Positions 61,401-64,000 of a DNA stretch of 64,000 nucleotides are shown here, in pieces; the stretch's first letter is position 1; each line of letters starts with the position of its first letter. The position numbers and the translations under genes are program-made. A model generated the notes under the pieces. That model worked only from the letters and a program-made list of their open reading frames with translations. It searched no databases and was not told the DNA's origin. The stretch comes from Takakia lepidozioides (taxonomy: Eukaryota > Plantae > Bryophyta): the NCBI GenBank assembly GCA_030704615.1, contig CM060733.1, positions 2,480,001 through 2,544,000 on the forward strand, written 5' to 3'.

Positions 61401-64000
61401 CAGATGCTTGAAGCATAGAGGGGGTTGGCACGATAAATAGGTGGTGTGGGCTTTCGGTTTGGGTCCTATGGCCACTTCAGTCACCATGTTAATGGTTTTG
61501 GATGATGGGATATATGGATTGCAGGGTGAAGGATTTCTGGCATGGCGGGAAATTGCAGATGTCGCAGTTGAGGTAATAAGTGCCTTGGAAACGTTGAGCT
61601 ACGATTCCCTGGGCAATGATCTTCACAAGTATAACATTAAAATGCGCCAACTTGATTTCAATTTGAAGGTGAGTGGCTAACTTTCATGAATCTCCTTCCA
61701 TCTCTGGTCCCTTCTCTCCCTCTCCTCCACTGTGTGCTACTGTAAGTTTGTGTGCTCTTTCTCTCCCTCTCCCTGCTTGCATCTTTGTCTCTTAAGTGTT
61801 GATCCACAACATCTGTTCAGCTGATACCATGCACTTCCGGACTAGTGCTTATTAGACTTTTCTTGCCATAGCCTTGTGAGACTCTGCGGCCAGTTTGGAG
61901 GATACAGAAAAGGGGGCGAGATGAGGTAATAGGACAGCAGAATGGGGATCACTACCAATGAGAAGGGTCCGTCCAGTGGCAGGACTTACCTTCAGTATGA
62001 GTGATTGTGGTGTCCTCTGGATTACAGACATGGCGAATGAAGCGGACAAGCAAGACAGTTTCCAAACTTGTCATGTGATTGTCTACCACTGGCCTCTAGT
62101 AGGAAAGAGGACTGATGGAGTTCTTGATATGTGATGGAATAAGCTTGGAATTGAAGAAATTTCTTATTTAGCCTTGCGTTTGTTAATGTCCAGAGTAGCA
62201 AAGTGCTTGCACGGCGGCTGTTGAATAAGGAGCTGGAGCCCTTAACAGTTTTGAACATGACACCTGCGGAATTGAAGGTGGGGATCTCTTTTTGGTGTTT
62301 GATGACCTAGCTCAGAGAAACATTCTTGTTCATACTTCTTCAACCCCACCCACCTCCCTAGACCTTTGTTTACTTCGGACATGTGATTTGTATTGACCTG
62401 AGTTCTCTGTCGATCCCAACAGGATGGTTTCACAACTGTGGAAAAAGTTGCCCAAGAACCACCTGAGGAGGAGGCTATACAGGTATTTCTCTTCCCAATT
62501 GAACCTTAGGTCATAAATTTCTTTCTCTCTGTCCATCTATGTCCAGCTTGCACAGGGCGCAACTGGGAAATTGAAACTGAAGAACACTTCTTCTGTTGCC
62601 CTCTATATTACGAGATCCGTGGGAGATTCCACTGTCTATTCCGTGGAACTCAATCTCTCACTGAAGTCTTCCACTATGAGGATCAGAAATGCTTGGCAGC
62701 TTACCTGCACGAGGCCTTCACCCTTAGACAATCCCTCGAGCAATAGTTTTATTTTTGGCGCTGGTTTTGTTTCCTCTCTAATTTTTTTCCATTTTGTCCC
62801 ATAAGCTCTATGAGCTTTCCGGGGACGTTATAAAGTACCATTTCATTTCATTCATTTCATTTCTCTTTGTTCCATTCTCTCTCCGTACGTCCAAGTCAGG
62901 CAATTGCATTACTCTGAATGTTTTCTTTCCCTTATAGCCTCTTCCGACATGAGCTGGAAGGCCAGAACTCATTCAGTTTTCAAACATAATGTGTGCTACT
63001 GCAGCTAGCCTTCATGCTGGTAGTAGAAGATTCTCTCTTTCAATCTCCCCCCCCACACCCTTTCCCTCCTCTATACTCCGTTGGAGTGAGAACTGGTTCA
63101 TTCCCTGACACCACGCAAAATTTGAAGGATTACTTTTCTGACTGTCTGGGTATTATCTGAAGCGAGGAAGGTAGATATTGGACATGACACAATGCCTATG
63201 ACAGATGGCGGATGTGCGGTGTTCGATTTGCACGGAACGTCAAGTGGGTGTGAAAGATATTATCCATGTTGGCTACGGCGATCGCTATCAGGTACTACTT
63301 GTCTTTTGAACACACCTGCGGGGACGACCATACCTCTGTATTTTTGTACTCAGTTATGATGTGGCTCTAATAGATGCCTGTAGTATTCCATATCCATCAG
63401 ATATTCTATAATGCTTATATTGGTAATAAGCTTTGAATTTTCCCAAATTTTGTACCTGGTAGTAATTCAGGGTTTGTGCAGCTTGAATGTCTCAAGTGTG
63501 GCCATTCCTGGTACGCATCAAGAGACACAATCTCATCGTTGGTAGACGCACAGCCATCACCAACGACGGTGGGTGCAGCCCCCTGGGCCACTTCCAAGTT
63601 TGAGGAGGTGGAGAAGGACCTCACGAGCCCCCACGAAGGGATGGTAAGCAGTTCTGCTGACTCAAGCATCGCAGTACCCGCACCACCTCCACACACCACA
63701 AGCCATTACCAGGAAGTTCAAAATCTTCTCACTGAGAAGATCCCAGTTACCAACCACCCTCATGATGGAACAGGGACTGTGACCACTGATCAAAGTATTG
63801 GGAACTCGAACCCTCAAGAAGACTCTCACTTATCAGGGGGTATTCCAGAAGCAAACCCTCCACTTTCTACTGGGGTACGACAGTCTAGCGATGGTGACAT
63901 GTCCCCTTCCAGTACACATGTTGAGAACTCACAAGGGTCTATACTGGGAAAGATTGAGACAGTGCCAAATGGTGGAGAAGATCATATCATTAGCAAGGTC
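58443..64000 (+). CDS. AIPP3: BAH + TFIIS-central + Zn-ribbon protein (AIPP3/BDT1-like); exons 58443-58649, 60212-60274, 60411-61250, 61525-61668, 62194-62277, 62423-62482, 63205-63291, 63482 to beyond 64000
   Basis: All introns are GT-AG and phase 0, and the spliced frame is open. BAH: DDPVLVTPE..KPYVAIIK, GQWFYRPEEA, RELFYSFHIDEVPAESVMHKC. TFIIS-M: KYNIKMRQLDFNLK, LNMTPAELK. Zn ribbon: RCSIC...LECLKCGHSWYAS. Confidence 0.88.
62545..62863 (+). mobile_element. 5'-truncated LINE in intron 6 of the BAH gene
   Basis: EIETEEHFFCCPLYYEIRGRFHCLF...QSLEQ*, then a 3' UTR and an (atttc)n tail; homologous to 34128-34290. Confidence 0.7.

Overview
This is repeat-dense nuclear DNA from a plant, most likely a non-seed land plant. 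That inference rests on the spliceosomal introns, PLS-type PPR debris, a Tcn1/Tf1-type chromovirus and a Penelope-like element. About 58 kb is nested or decayed transposons, followed by one intact host gene: an AIPP3-like BAH + TFIIS gene at 58443 to beyond 64000, with 8 exons visible. Highlights: (1) A Ty3/Gypsy element (minus strand, 1-7537) encodes Gag, protease and a C5 cytosine DNA methyltransferase in one 1401-codon ORF with all catalytic motifs intact. A single in-frame UAG in a CAR-YYA read-through context separates this ORF from RT-RNaseH. (2) A second, diverged DNMT+RT fragment of that family sits in the same orientation between RNaseH and integrase of an unrelated chromovirus (38031-46297), without LTRs. 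That chromovirus also shows a Tf1-type self-priming site, a -1 frameshift signal and an extra 3' ORF. (3) A CACTA-type transposon carries a SET-domain (lysine methyltransferase-like) gene next to its TnpD transposase. (4) A 1.7-kb mosaic of about six host-gene fragments (RPL8, NAA38, RPL28, AlaAT and two plastid transit-peptide starts) ends in a Helitron-like hairpin-CTAG. Also present are a MULE/SWIM transposon with palindromic 96-bp arrays, Helitron RepHel remnants, a Penelope-like RT, CRE-like RLE non-LTR fragments, two tRNA-SINEs and LINE 3' fragments. All family assignments are by-eye motif recognition; no searches were run.
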